Of a DNA stretch of 24,000 nucleotides, positions 8,567 through 16,144 are shown one piece after another; positions within the stretch are counted from its first letter, which is position 1; each line of letters opens with the position of its first letter. The stretch is from Thermotalea metallivorans (GTDB lineage Bacteria; Bacillota; Clostridia; Peptostreptococcales; Thermotaleaceae). Location: assembly GCF_001562415.1 (NCBI RefSeq), contig NZ_LOEE01000046.1, positions 74,144 through 98,143 of the forward strand, read 5' to 3'. The notes beneath the pieces were generated by a model. The model ran no database searches and was not told where the DNA came from. It worked only from the letters and a program-made list of their open reading frames with translations. The translations under genes were made by a program, and so were the position numbers.

Positions 8567-9030
8567 TTCCACATCGCTCCCAGTACAAAAAAATTTTTAT
8601 ACACATATTTTATTTTATATTTTTTATGATCCTATGGCAATATTGGTTGCTGTGGTTTTCGCTACGCCCATCTACATTATATAATGAGCAACAATTTATG
8701 TCAAATATTTTTTATTTTTGCCATGCTATTTTTTCTTTTTTCCATTTCTTCCTACTTTTATACTCATATATCCTCGCCCCTTGGACACTAACTGTTTCAT
8801 CCTTTCCTTCTCCCTAAACTGCAACCGCACCCATCAAAATCCATAGCCTCAACCCCGGGACAAAAATTCTAATATATTCCTTCTAAGATACGTCCTATCC
8901 ATAACTATACTTTATCATGCTCAAAAATATTCTTCCTTTCATAGTATAAATTAGATGGCAATACCTCTCCCGGAATATCGATACATGATAATAGGTCACT
9001 TGTATTATCACTAAGAAAGGAGACGATTTG

Positions 9031-9615
9031 ATGAGAAACTTTTTTTATTCCCATCCTTTTGCGGTACCATTCCTACCCTTTGGGTACAGGTATGAACCCT
9101 ATCATTTTATACAAAGCAGCGGCAGTCCCAGTAGTAAAAATATTGCCGTAGCATGTATGCGGGGAGGACCCTTGGCCCCTGATCTGAAGGGTGTAGTTTA
9201 TTTTAAAGATGTTCCCGGAGGCACGGAAGTTTATGCAAATATCAGCGGCCTTCCTCCTTATCTGCCCGGCGACAAAAACAAGGATCCCATCGGGCCCCAC
9301 GGCTTTCATATCCATGAAAAGGGCGATTGTACCGTAGGCAATCCAGAAGACCCCTTTCGGGCAGCAGGAGAGCATTGGAACCCTACAAACCAACCCCACG
9401 GAAACCATGCAGGCGATTTCCCTGTGTTGTTTTCCAACGACGGCATTGCCAGGATGACATTCTTTACAAATAAATTCAAGGTCCAGGATATTATCGGAAA
9501 AGCCGTCATCATTCACCAAAGTCCCGATGACTATAGAACCCAGCCCGCCGGTGATGCAGGCAAACGTCTGGCTTGCGGCATCATTCAGTATTTTTTTGAC
9601 GGCCTGCCCTTCTGA
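9031..9615 (+). CDS. sodC: Cu/Zn superoxide dismutase family protein (no signal peptide)
   Basis: Motifs GPHGFHIHEKGDC, AGEHWNP, HGNHAGDFP, VIIHQSPDD and RLACGII. All Cu and Zn ligand positions and the disulfide Cys pair appear present. RBS AAAGGAGA lies 7-8 nt before the ATG at 9031. Confidence 0.88.
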   Translation: MRNFFYSHPFAVPFLPFGYRYEPYHFIQSSGSPSSKNIAVACMRGGPLAPDLKGVVYFKDVPGGTEVYANISGLPPYLPGDKNKDPIGPHGFHIHEKGDCTVGNPEDPFRAAGEHWNPTNQPHGNHAGDFPVLFSNDGIARMTFFTNKFKVQDIIGKAVIIHQSPDDYRTQPAGDAGKRLACGIIQYFFDGLPF

Positions 9616-9650
9616 TTTTCCTCCTGCTGTCCAAAGCAGAAAATACTTGA

Positions 9651-9696
9651 TGGTATAGAAGGGCCTTATCTGATCAGATAAGGCCCTTCTATACCA
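9651..9696. terminator. 46-nt perfect palindrome between convergent sodC and the GRE activase gene
   Basis: tggtatagaagggccttatc|tgatca|gataaggcccttctatacca. It overlaps the stop codon of the minus-strand activase gene. There is no strong T-run on either side. Confidence 0.6.
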
Positions 9697-10528
9697 TCAC
9701 TACATTTTTGCATCCATTTTTTTCCGCTATGGCAACCAATTCCTTCATCAATTCCTCCGTGGGCTCCTTCCAAATCTTTGCGCCCTCTCGAACGCCAACA
9801 GATCGAAACCAAATCAGCTTGTATCTGATATTGGGATCTAAGGTTGCAATCAATCGGCTGATTTTGTCTACATTTTTTCGGTTATCCAGCAACTCCGGGA
9901 CAATTACCGTTCTAATTTCATAAAGCTTGTGGATTTCCGCCAAATATCGAATATTTTCAATCACTGGCTCGTTGCCTTTTCCCGTAAGCATCCTATGTTC
10001 CTCCCCATCGTAGGATTTCAAATCCACCATGGCCATATCCATGGTAAGGGCCATCTCCTTCATCTGCTGCAGGGGAACAAAGCCATTGGTATCCAGGAAA
10101 GCAGTAAGTCCCATCTCCCTGACTCTTTTAAAAATTTCTATGACAAAAGCAGCTTGGAGGGTACATTCTCCTCCCGACAGGGTAACTCCCGAAATAAATC
10201 CCCCTACCTTCCTTATATGGTCCATTATTTCTTCCACATCCATTGTTTGCACCTTGGGAGAACTATCATAGGGACATGCTCGGATACAACCGTCACAATC
10301 CCTGCATAAATCTTGTTTCCATAGGATCTTTCCTCTCTCCAGCCCTAGGGCGGCGTAGGGGCAAGCTTTTATGCACTCGCCGCAATGGCTGCACCGTCGG
10401 ATAGTTTCAGGATTATGGCAATAGATACAATCAAAATTGCATCCCTGCAGAAAGATTACCGTCCGATTTCCTGGTCCATCCACAGCACTGAAAGGTAGAA
10501 TTTTATGGACATACCCTTTAAGCATCAT
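9689..10528 (-). CDS. yjjW: YjjW-type glycyl-radical enzyme activating protein (radical SAM with two auxiliary 4Fe-4S motifs)
   Basis: CNFDCIYC (CX3CX2C), CSHCGECIKACP and CRDCDGCIRACP. The start overlaps the stop of the upstream GRE gene (AATGATGCTTAA). Confidence 0.88.
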   Translation of the reverse strand: MMLKGYVHKILPFSAVDGPGNRTVIFLQGCNFDCIYCHNPETIRRCSHCGECIKACPYAALGLERGKILWKQDLCRDCDGCIRACPYDSSPKVQTMDVEEIMDHIRKVGGFISGVTLSGGECTLQAAFVIEIFKRVREMGLTAFLDTNGFVPLQQMKEMALTMDMAMVDLKSYDGEEHRMLTGKGNEPVIENIRYLAEIHKLYEIRTVIVPELLDNRKNVDKISRLIATLDPNIRYKLIWFRSVGVREGAKIWKEPTEELMKELVAIAEKNGCKNVVMV

Positions 10529-12014
10529 TCTTGATAACCTTTCTTTCCAGAAGTCTTTGGTTTTCTACGGCCTCCAGCCCTAATGCCACCGTGTCCTGCA
10601 ACACCGGTTCCCCTGCCTTTCGCTTTTTCATCTCTGACTTTTTCACCAAATACCCGGTAACCCTCATCAAATCATTGTCGCCGGAAGAGAAAGCAAACAT
10701 CCGCATGCCTTTTTCCATGGCTCCCCGGATGATATCCAGAACAAACTCCGGATTGTTTTTTGCCGTGCTTTCAAAAGTAAAAATATCACTGATTCCCGAC
10801 GGAAAAAGAGGATGAAACTTGGCAGCATAAAGGATATGATCCAGAAGTTCTGGTTCATCTCCTATAGGAATTCTACAACCGGCAGTGGCATCTATATCGG
10901 CTGAAATGCCCGATTGAGCATGAAGTAAAAATCTTTGCCCTGTTCCCTGACAATAAAGATTTCTATGCTGATTTACCGCTTCCTCGATTTTTTTCACGAT
11001 CTGGTAACCTAATTCCTTGGCCTTTTCACTGTGCCCATACCGATCCCTTCGATCCCGGGCATTCAAAAAAAGATTGACACACTCGGCCAATCCGAAGATT
11101 CCAAACATAGCCGTAAAACGATCCTTATGGATAAAGCCCTCCTTTGCCAAGAAACTGCTTTCAAAGAAGCCGCTTTCCTCTACCAAAAAACGAATCCTTT
11201 CATCCATGATTTCTGTCACCAAGCCTACGGCATGGGGAATATATTGTTTGAAAAAAGTCTCTTGATTTCCTGCTTCTTCTGCAAGTCTTTTTAAATTCAG
11301 CCTTACAAGGGTATAACTGCCGCCGCCCACAGGAAGACCATTATAGCAGCTGGCAATCCCGTATTCCTTGCCAAATTCCCTCACAAACATTTCATGGTTG
11401 GCAAAATAAGGCTTTGAAACTTCCAGGCCCGTTTGCACCGCCTCCAGGGCAAAATCCTTGGGCGTATCTTTGCTGTATCTTAAAGTCAGATTGGGAACAG
11501 CATTTTTTAATTCTCTCTCCGCCTTTAGGATCAGCCTTCCTGCTCGGGAATCATGGGGGCCGATATTGGCATGGACAAAGGAATCGGTCAGCGTCCGATC
11601 CATATGGATGAAGAATAATTTGATAATCTTATAAGCCTCCTCTTCATTCACTATAAAGGGTTCCAATAACTGATCCAACACCCCGACAAAGACGGGGAAA
11701 GATGTAATGGAAGGGACATGCTTATAGAAAATCAGAAGATGATTCACGGCTTCCCATAAATCTGCAGGAGGATTCAGCTCCAAAAATTTGCTGCCGATTT
11801 TCATGAGCCTTTCATAATCGGGCAAAATATATCTTGGCCGATAGGGAGCCTTTCCTTCAAACAAGTCGCAAATCACCCGTTTTTCCATGTAGTCTTTAGC
11901 TTCCTTAGAAATATGAAGTACCTCTATACTGTTTTCTGCCTCCCTGGCAAGCTGGAGAACTTTTTGCTGATAGGTTAATCCTTGGTCTTGAACCACGCGG
12001 TAGATATTGTTCAT
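10518..12014 (-). CDS. yjjI: YjjI-family (DUF3029) glycine radical enzyme, substrate unknown
   Basis: 498 aa. A glycyl-radical fingerprint, MRVTGYLVK (RVxGY), sits ~45 aa from the C-terminus. The gene is translationally coupled to a YjjW-type activase, as in the E. coli yjjI-yjjW pair. Confidence 0.8.
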   Translation of the reverse strand: MNNIYRVVQDQGLTYQQKVLQLAREAENSIEVLHISKEAKDYMEKRVICDLFEGKAPYRPRYILPDYERLMKIGSKFLELNPPADLWEAVNHLLIFYKHVPSITSFPVFVGVLDQLLEPFIVNEEEAYKIIKLFFIHMDRTLTDSFVHANIGPHDSRAGRLILKAERELKNAVPNLTLRYSKDTPKDFALEAVQTGLEVSKPYFANHEMFVREFGKEYGIASCYNGLPVGGGSYTLVRLNLKRLAEEAGNQETFFKQYIPHAVGLVTEIMDERIRFLVEESGFFESSFLAKEGFIHKDRFTAMFGIFGLAECVNLFLNARDRRDRYGHSEKAKELGYQIVKKIEEAVNQHRNLYCQGTGQRFLLHAQSGISADIDATAGCRIPIGDEPELLDHILYAAKFHPLFPSGISDIFTFESTAKNNPEFVLDIIRGAMEKGMRMFAFSSGDNDLMRVTGYLVKKSEMKKRKAGEPVLQDTVALGLEAVENQRLLERKVIKNDA

Positions 12015-12046
12015 AAGATTTTTTCTCTCCCTAAATATTTTCTATT

Positions 12047-12073
12047 GTGTTTATTATAACACTAGTTTACAAG
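12047..12073. repeat. Terminal inverted repeat of the IS remnant (yjjI-proximal end)
   Basis: GTGTTTATTATAACACTAGTTTACAAG. The reverse complement of the other end is GTGTTATAATAACACCACTTTACAAG. Confidence 0.65.
12053..12061 (-). promoter_or_regulatory. Candidate outward-facing extended -10 (TGtTATAAT) inside the IS terminal repeat, aimed at yjjI
   Basis: The minus strand reads agTGTTATAATaaacac. This is ~38 nt upstream of the yjjI ATG and is followed by RBS AGGGAGAG. Confidence 0.45.
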
Positions 12074-12176
12074 TTTGCCTAATCAATCTTCCTTCCCTGT
12101 AAATAGCATTTAACAGATTCCTTTATTGAAGCATATATTTTGCTATTTTCGAGGGAAGATATGAAACTGTTTTAAA

Positions 12177-12627
12177 TTAATTCTCTATGAAATAGTTGCT
12201 AAATCCCCAAAATAGCTTTTGCTGATAGAATATGACTTCCATATTCCATCGTATACCATAGGCACGGAGAATTAGATTTTCTGATCCTTTTTCTTTACTG
12301 TATCTAGGATGATGCCTTTAGAGTACCAACTGTCCCACAAAAGAATGCCTGGAAAATCTTTTAAATACTTCATAGCACAGTCAATCATCTCTGATGCCAT
12401 TTGTAACTTGCTCTTTTCTTAGTATAGAGCTTATATCCTAGAGAGAGACTTAGAATTCTATTTTCCCCTTGAAAGGATAAGGGGATAGACCGAACTTCTT
12501 CAACAGAGGTAATAGCTAACATTAGCCAAAGGAAAATATTGAAGCTCCGCTTTTTAAAAAGTGAACGGTATTGCAGTAAATATTGCTCTATAGTTTGAAT
12601 AAATGAATCTTTGGATATACTAAGCAT
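12177..12627 (-). pseudogene. DDE transposase remnant (three fragments in different frames)
   Basis: 12385-12627 encodes the N-terminal 80 aa (MLSISKDSFIQTIEQYLLQYRSLFKKRSFNIFLWLMLAI...). 12272-12400 encodes MASEMIDCAMKYLKDFPGILLWDSWYSKGIILD. 12177-12275 encodes LILRAYGIRWNMEVIFYQQKLFWGFSNYFIEN, which carries a Y-x2-R-x3-E-x6-K (YREK) signature. The fragments total ~155 aa, far short of an intact IS4-type transposase. Confidence 0.7.
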
Positions 12628-12722
12628 ATCAGACGCCTCCTAGGGTGTTGGTTACACAAAATTAGTATTCCTAGGATTCAGGTGTCTGATTTTGTTATTT
12701 TTATCCAATTAATCTTTGATTA

Positions 12723-12748
12723 CTTGTAAAGTGGTGTTATTATAACAC
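12723..12748. repeat. Terminal inverted repeat of the IS remnant (transposase 5' end)
   Basis: CTTGTAAAGTGGTGTTATTATAACAC, the inverted partner of 12047-12073. Confidence 0.65.
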
Positions 12749-12773
12749 GATTCTTTTTGTCTCATAAAGCAGA

Positions 12774-12803
12774 AAGACTCCCTGGTTTTTGCCAGAGAGT
12801 CTT
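12774..12803 (-). terminator. Terminator hairpin downstream of the Cys-rich protein gene
   Basis: Minus strand: AAGACTCTCTGG-caaaaa-CCAGGGAGTCTT followed by tctgcttta. One G-U pair; weak T-run. Confidence 0.55.
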
Positions 12804-12813
12804 CGCAACCATT

Positions 12814-13731
12814 TTAATTGCAAGGTGGTTTTGGTTTTTCATCAATTTGATTCGGGAATAACTGCGGGAATGTTGTACAGATCTGCTCAACATTTGCTTC
12901 AAGTACAGGAAATCCCGTAGACAATACACAAAGCTGAACGGGCACCACAATTTTCTTCTCACAGGTTACACACAAGGCAATAATCAAATTGGCCCTTACC
13001 GTGCCCGTTGCCGGATCCACAAAAATATCCCTTCTGATACTGTTTGTAGCCAGTCTGACCTCGCAGTCTATATTGCAAAATTCTGTGAATCTCGGCAAGA
13101 ATGCACTGTCAAACACAGAGGGCAAACACAACTCAAAGAAATTTGTCAGTACCAGCGGTGCAGTGGGCGATGCAATAGGTGCAATGGCCTTAAGCGTTAC
13201 AGCACACTCTTTATCACAGTCATCCGTAAAGATAACATCTATTTCTATTACAACACTTCCTGAAATGGCTATATTTTGTGTCCCGAAGATGGGTGTTCCT
13301 TTTCCTTCTTCATCGCACTCCTGTGTATTGACAAACACAAGTTTTTCAGAGGGTGTTCCATCGGGCCCTATCACCCGTACATCCTTACCCGATCCATCCT
13401 CTACAAAATCGGCACCGGCCAAAGTTGTACTGGGTGTTGCAACTAAATTTCTGGGGTCATTGATGTTTTCCGGATTAAAGAATTTTCTGCACCGGATATC
13501 TGTTACTGCAATAATCCTTGCCCCTCTTCCCAAGGCAGGTGTAAACAATTGGCCTTCTACAGTCCTCAATCCCTGCAAGTTAAACAATGCCGCATCATAA
13601 ACTTTTTGAACGTAGATAGGCTCCGATACAACCTTTTTCAAATTGCCGTCAAAATGACAGCCCGTGGTCGCTGTGCAGCATCTATCTTCAATAGAAAGAT
13701 TCAAGTTTGCACTCTTTTTATTGCATGCCAT
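12814..13731 (-). CDS. Cysteine-rich hypothetical protein (305 aa, 16 Cys, no signal peptide or TM segment)
   Basis: Intact long ORF. GGAGG lies 10 nt before the ATG at 13731; the track start at 13740 is only 1 nt from the RBS. I do not recognise a family. Confidence 0.75.
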   Translation of the reverse strand: MACNKKSANLNLSIEDRCCTATTGCHFDGNLKKVVSEPIYVQKVYDAALFNLQGLRTVEGQLFTPALGRGARIIAVTDIRCRKFFNPENINDPRNLVATPSTTLAGADFVEDGSGKDVRVIGPDGTPSEKLVFVNTQECDEEGKGTPIFGTQNIAISGSVVIEIDVIFTDDCDKECAVTLKAIAPIASPTAPLVLTNFFELCLPSVFDSAFLPRFTEFCNIDCEVRLATNSIRRDIFVDPATGTVRANLIIALCVTCEKKIVVPVQLCVLSTGFPVLEANVEQICTTFPQLFPNQIDEKPKPPCN

Positions 13732-13813
13732 AATTTTCATGCCTCCTCTCTTATATTGGCGGAAATCGGATTGTCCATTCCCACTATCAATATATGGAGG
13801 ATTTATTTTTTGG

Positions 13814-14647
13814 TTACTCTTTTCTTATTTTTCCACTTTGCTTATTCTCCAGGGCACCTTGCACATGTTTTATATTTTCATTTTCAATTTGAATCAAGAC
13901 ATAGGGGTAGGTAATGACCTGGGTGACCATAGATCCTTTCTCGGGGGCTGCGACATAAGCCGATACATAGGCCCTATCAGGAGTTTCCATGACCACCTTA
14001 TCCACTTCCACCCTATATCCTCCCGTAGATCTTTCTCCACCGCTGATCAGAACGTACATATTTTTGCCCAGCCGAGCATAGTGAACTCCCTTTACATGAT
14101 AATTGGATTCAAACCATTCCTTTAATTGATGATTTTCTTTTATATCCTCGAACATGATTTGCTTATAAGCGATGGTTTTTCCCATGGGCATCTGCTCCAC
14201 CTCCAACACAATCATAACTCTATGGTTTTTTTGATCCCAAGTTACCTTGGCTCCGAGGGCCTCCGCAATGAATCGTACCGGAACTAAAGTTCTGCCCTTT
14301 ATCATTTTGGCAGGAACATCTAATTTTATTTTTTCAGGGATCCCCGTAAAATCGAAATTTTTATGGATATAGGCCTCATCCTTTCCCGCAGGAATTTCAA
14401 TGGCCGTGTACTTGTCTTTCACCCATACGGTAGATGTCTCTTCACTCCAAGCAACTTCCGCCCCTAATCTTTCAAATATCCCCCTTGCCGGCACCAAAAC
14501 CCGATGATTTTCAAGGATGGGATTCACATCAAATTCCATGGCCTCCCCGTTGATTTGGATTTCAATCCTAGGTTGTTCCAAGGCATATCCTTGTATAAAT
14601 CCTGCCAAAAGCATAAAAGTCAAAAAAACGCAAAGCAATTTTTTCAT
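13814..14647 (-). CDS. Secreted protein: copper-amine-oxidase N-terminal ('stalk') domain plus PrcB_C-like domain
   Basis: Signal peptide MKKLLCVFLTFMLLAGFIQGYA. Two stalk-domain half-repeats (NHRVLVPARGIFERLGAEVAWSEE; GRTLVPVRFIAEALGAKVTWDQK). The C-terminal SGGERSTGGYRVEVDKV resembles PrcB_C. Confidence 0.65.
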   Translation of the reverse strand: MKKLLCVFLTFMLLAGFIQGYALEQPRIEIQINGEAMEFDVNPILENHRVLVPARGIFERLGAEVAWSEETSTVWVKDKYTAIEIPAGKDEAYIHKNFDFTGIPEKIKLDVPAKMIKGRTLVPVRFIAEALGAKVTWDQKNHRVMIVLEVEQMPMGKTIAYKQIMFEDIKENHQLKEWFESNYHVKGVHYARLGKNMYVLISGGERSTGGYRVEVDKVVMETPDRAYVSAYVAAPEKGSMVTQVITYPYVLIQIENENIKHVQGALENKQSGKIRKE

Positions 14648-14722
14648 ATCCTATTCTTCCCCCTTTCCCTATCTGCTCCTCAATCATTAGACGATCAAGA
14701 CTTTATACATGTTCCGTCAATA

Positions 14723-15919
14723 CTATGCTACTTTTTTTCCTTGATACTTCACGCCCAAACAGCGATTCATATATTGGCTTGCAATTATCATCAAAATGAT
14801 CATGGCTACTGCCAGAATCCTATGGGCCCAAAAAATATCTGTAGCATCCTTTAATATCCCCATAAATGGAAAGGCAACGGCGGCCGCCACATTAGCCGCC
14901 AAACTTTGAAAAGAAAGAAGGGTAGCCCTCTTATCGGAAGGAATATGTTTATTTAAATATTTAGCAGTAACAGGCCTATACAGACCCCTGGCCATCTGCT
15001 GCAGTAAAATTGCAAAGACACCTATCCAAAGCTTTATGATACTTAATAAAATAAAGGACAAAATCATCAGTGCCGCTATAAAAGTCAAAGTCCTAGGTTT
15101 TGTCAAAGCCATCACGTGATGGCTTCTTCTGGATGTAAAAGCTGCCGTAATATTGAAGATAAAAAAGATAATGCCAAAATATCTTACAGGTATATTTACA
15201 GCTTCCATGTAGGGTTGAAAATACCAAAATCCTACACGATAGAATACAAAAAAAATCATGGAAAACAATAGAACGGCCTTAATTTTTTCATGGGTAAAAA
15301 TATATTGAGCACTCTCTTTCATCTGATCCAGATATTTTTCTCCATAGGGTCCTTTCTTTCCTTCTATGGGCGGTTCTTGAAATCGCAACGCAACAACAAC
15401 GGTAATCATCATGAAAACAATAGAAATGATCATGGGCAGGAAGATATGAACCTCATATACAAAGCCTGCCACAACCGAGCCCACGGCTTGGGCATATAGG
15501 GCAATGCCCCGGGCAAATCCTTCTATCTTCTGATAATTTTCTGTCTTTCCCAATACCTTTAGGGTATCGTATATCAAGGCCCCATCGGCTCCCGATTTTA
15601 ATGTAGCCCCTAAGCTGAATACAATCTCCGCCAACATGAATACGATAAAGTGTTTTCCCAACATGTATATGGACAAACTTACCGCCCACAGGGCTGCTCC
15701 TAAAAGAATGCTGAATTTTCTTCCGAGCTTGTCTGCCAAGGCTCCCGTGGGTACCTCAAATATCACCACCGAAATCGCAGCAACAGATTGCAAAATCATG
15801 ATCTCCGTAAAGGACAAACCCTTGGCAATTAAAAATAAAACAATAATAGGGCCTAAAATCAGCAATTCATGAAATATGGAATAGATATAATAGTTCCTTA
15901 TATTTTTTGCATAGTCCAT
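14723..15919 (-). CDS. MFS transporter (about 12 TM segments)
   Basis: 398 aa, hydrophobic throughout. An MFS-like loop motif, GALADKLGRK, follows TM2. Confidence 0.8.
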   Translation of the reverse strand: MDYAKNIRNYYIYSIFHELLILGPIIVLFLIAKGLSFTEIMILQSVAAISVVIFEVPTGALADKLGRKFSILLGAALWAVSLSIYMLGKHFIVFMLAEIVFSLGATLKSGADGALIYDTLKVLGKTENYQKIEGFARGIALYAQAVGSVVAGFVYEVHIFLPMIISIVFMMITVVVALRFQEPPIEGKKGPYGEKYLDQMKESAQYIFTHEKIKAVLLFSMIFFVFYRVGFWYFQPYMEAVNIPVRYFGIIFFIFNITAAFTSRRSHHVMALTKPRTLTFIAALMILSFILLSIIKLWIGVFAILLQQMARGLYRPVTAKYLNKHIPSDKRATLLSFQSLAANVAAAVAFPFMGILKDATDIFWAHRILAVAMIILMIIASQYMNRCLGVKYQGKKVA

Positions 15920-15972
15920 TCTGTCACCTTCCGCAAAATCCTACAAATGTCATTTTTTTATAATTATTCTAT

Positions 15973-16001
15973 ATTTTATTTAAAAGATTTCACGACGTCA
16001 A
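15973..16001 (-). promoter_or_regulatory. SigA-type promoter for the MFS gene (TTGACG - 17 nt - TAAAAT)
   Basis: Minus strand: TTGACGtcgtgaaatcttttaaaTAAAAT, ~55 nt upstream of the MFS ATG. Confidence 0.65.
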
Positions 16002-16083
16002 TAAGAAAATTTCCTCTGCAAAGACAAAAAATCGACATGCAAAGGAATTGCCCCATACAATCCTGCTGACTATCCAATACTTT

Positions 16084-16140
16084 CTTCCCAAACAAGAAAA
16101 GGATCTTTATGATGACAAGATCCTTTTCTTGTTTGGGAAG
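16084..16140 (-). terminator. Long perfect hairpin (24-bp stem) immediately after agrD
   Basis: cttcccaaacaagaaaaggatctt-(9 nt)-aagatccttttcttgtttgggaag. The inner stem, GGATCTT/AAGATCC, is followed by TTTTCTTGTTT on the minus strand. Confidence 0.7.
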
Positions 16141-16144
16141 TTGA

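Larger units (their letters stand above)
12044..12751 (-). mobile_element. Internally deleted, decayed IS4-like insertion sequence (~0.7 kb)
   Basis: ~27-bp imperfect terminal inverted repeats enclose three out-of-frame transposase fragments. Confidence 0.7.

Noticed and set aside
8557-8817. 86-aa plus-strand ORF in the AT-rich intergenic region
   Set aside because: The translation is Phe/Ile/Leu/Tyr-rich, as expected from AT-rich non-coding DNA. It has no RBS and begins inside the NIF3-like gene on the opposite strand.
12047-12062. Near-palindromes GTGTT(T)ATTATAACAC (also at 12734-12748) as Fur/PerR/NrdR-type operators
   Set aside because: The half-sites do not match the Fur (TGATAAT), PerR (TTATAAT) or NrdR (ACAC...GTGT) consensus. 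Both copies extend into a longer inverted repeat (…TTTACAAG) that flanks transposase fragments, so IS terminal repeats are the simpler explanation.
12762-12962. 66-aa minus-strand ORF overlapping the 3' end of the Cys-rich gene
   Set aside because: It is an alternative frame of a longer, better-supported CDS, and it spans the terminator hairpin.
12989-13600. 203-aa plus-strand ORF
   Set aside because: It is antisense to the well-supported Cys-rich CDS, has a Ser/Thr/Leu-biased low-complexity translation and has no RBS, so it is a shadow ORF.
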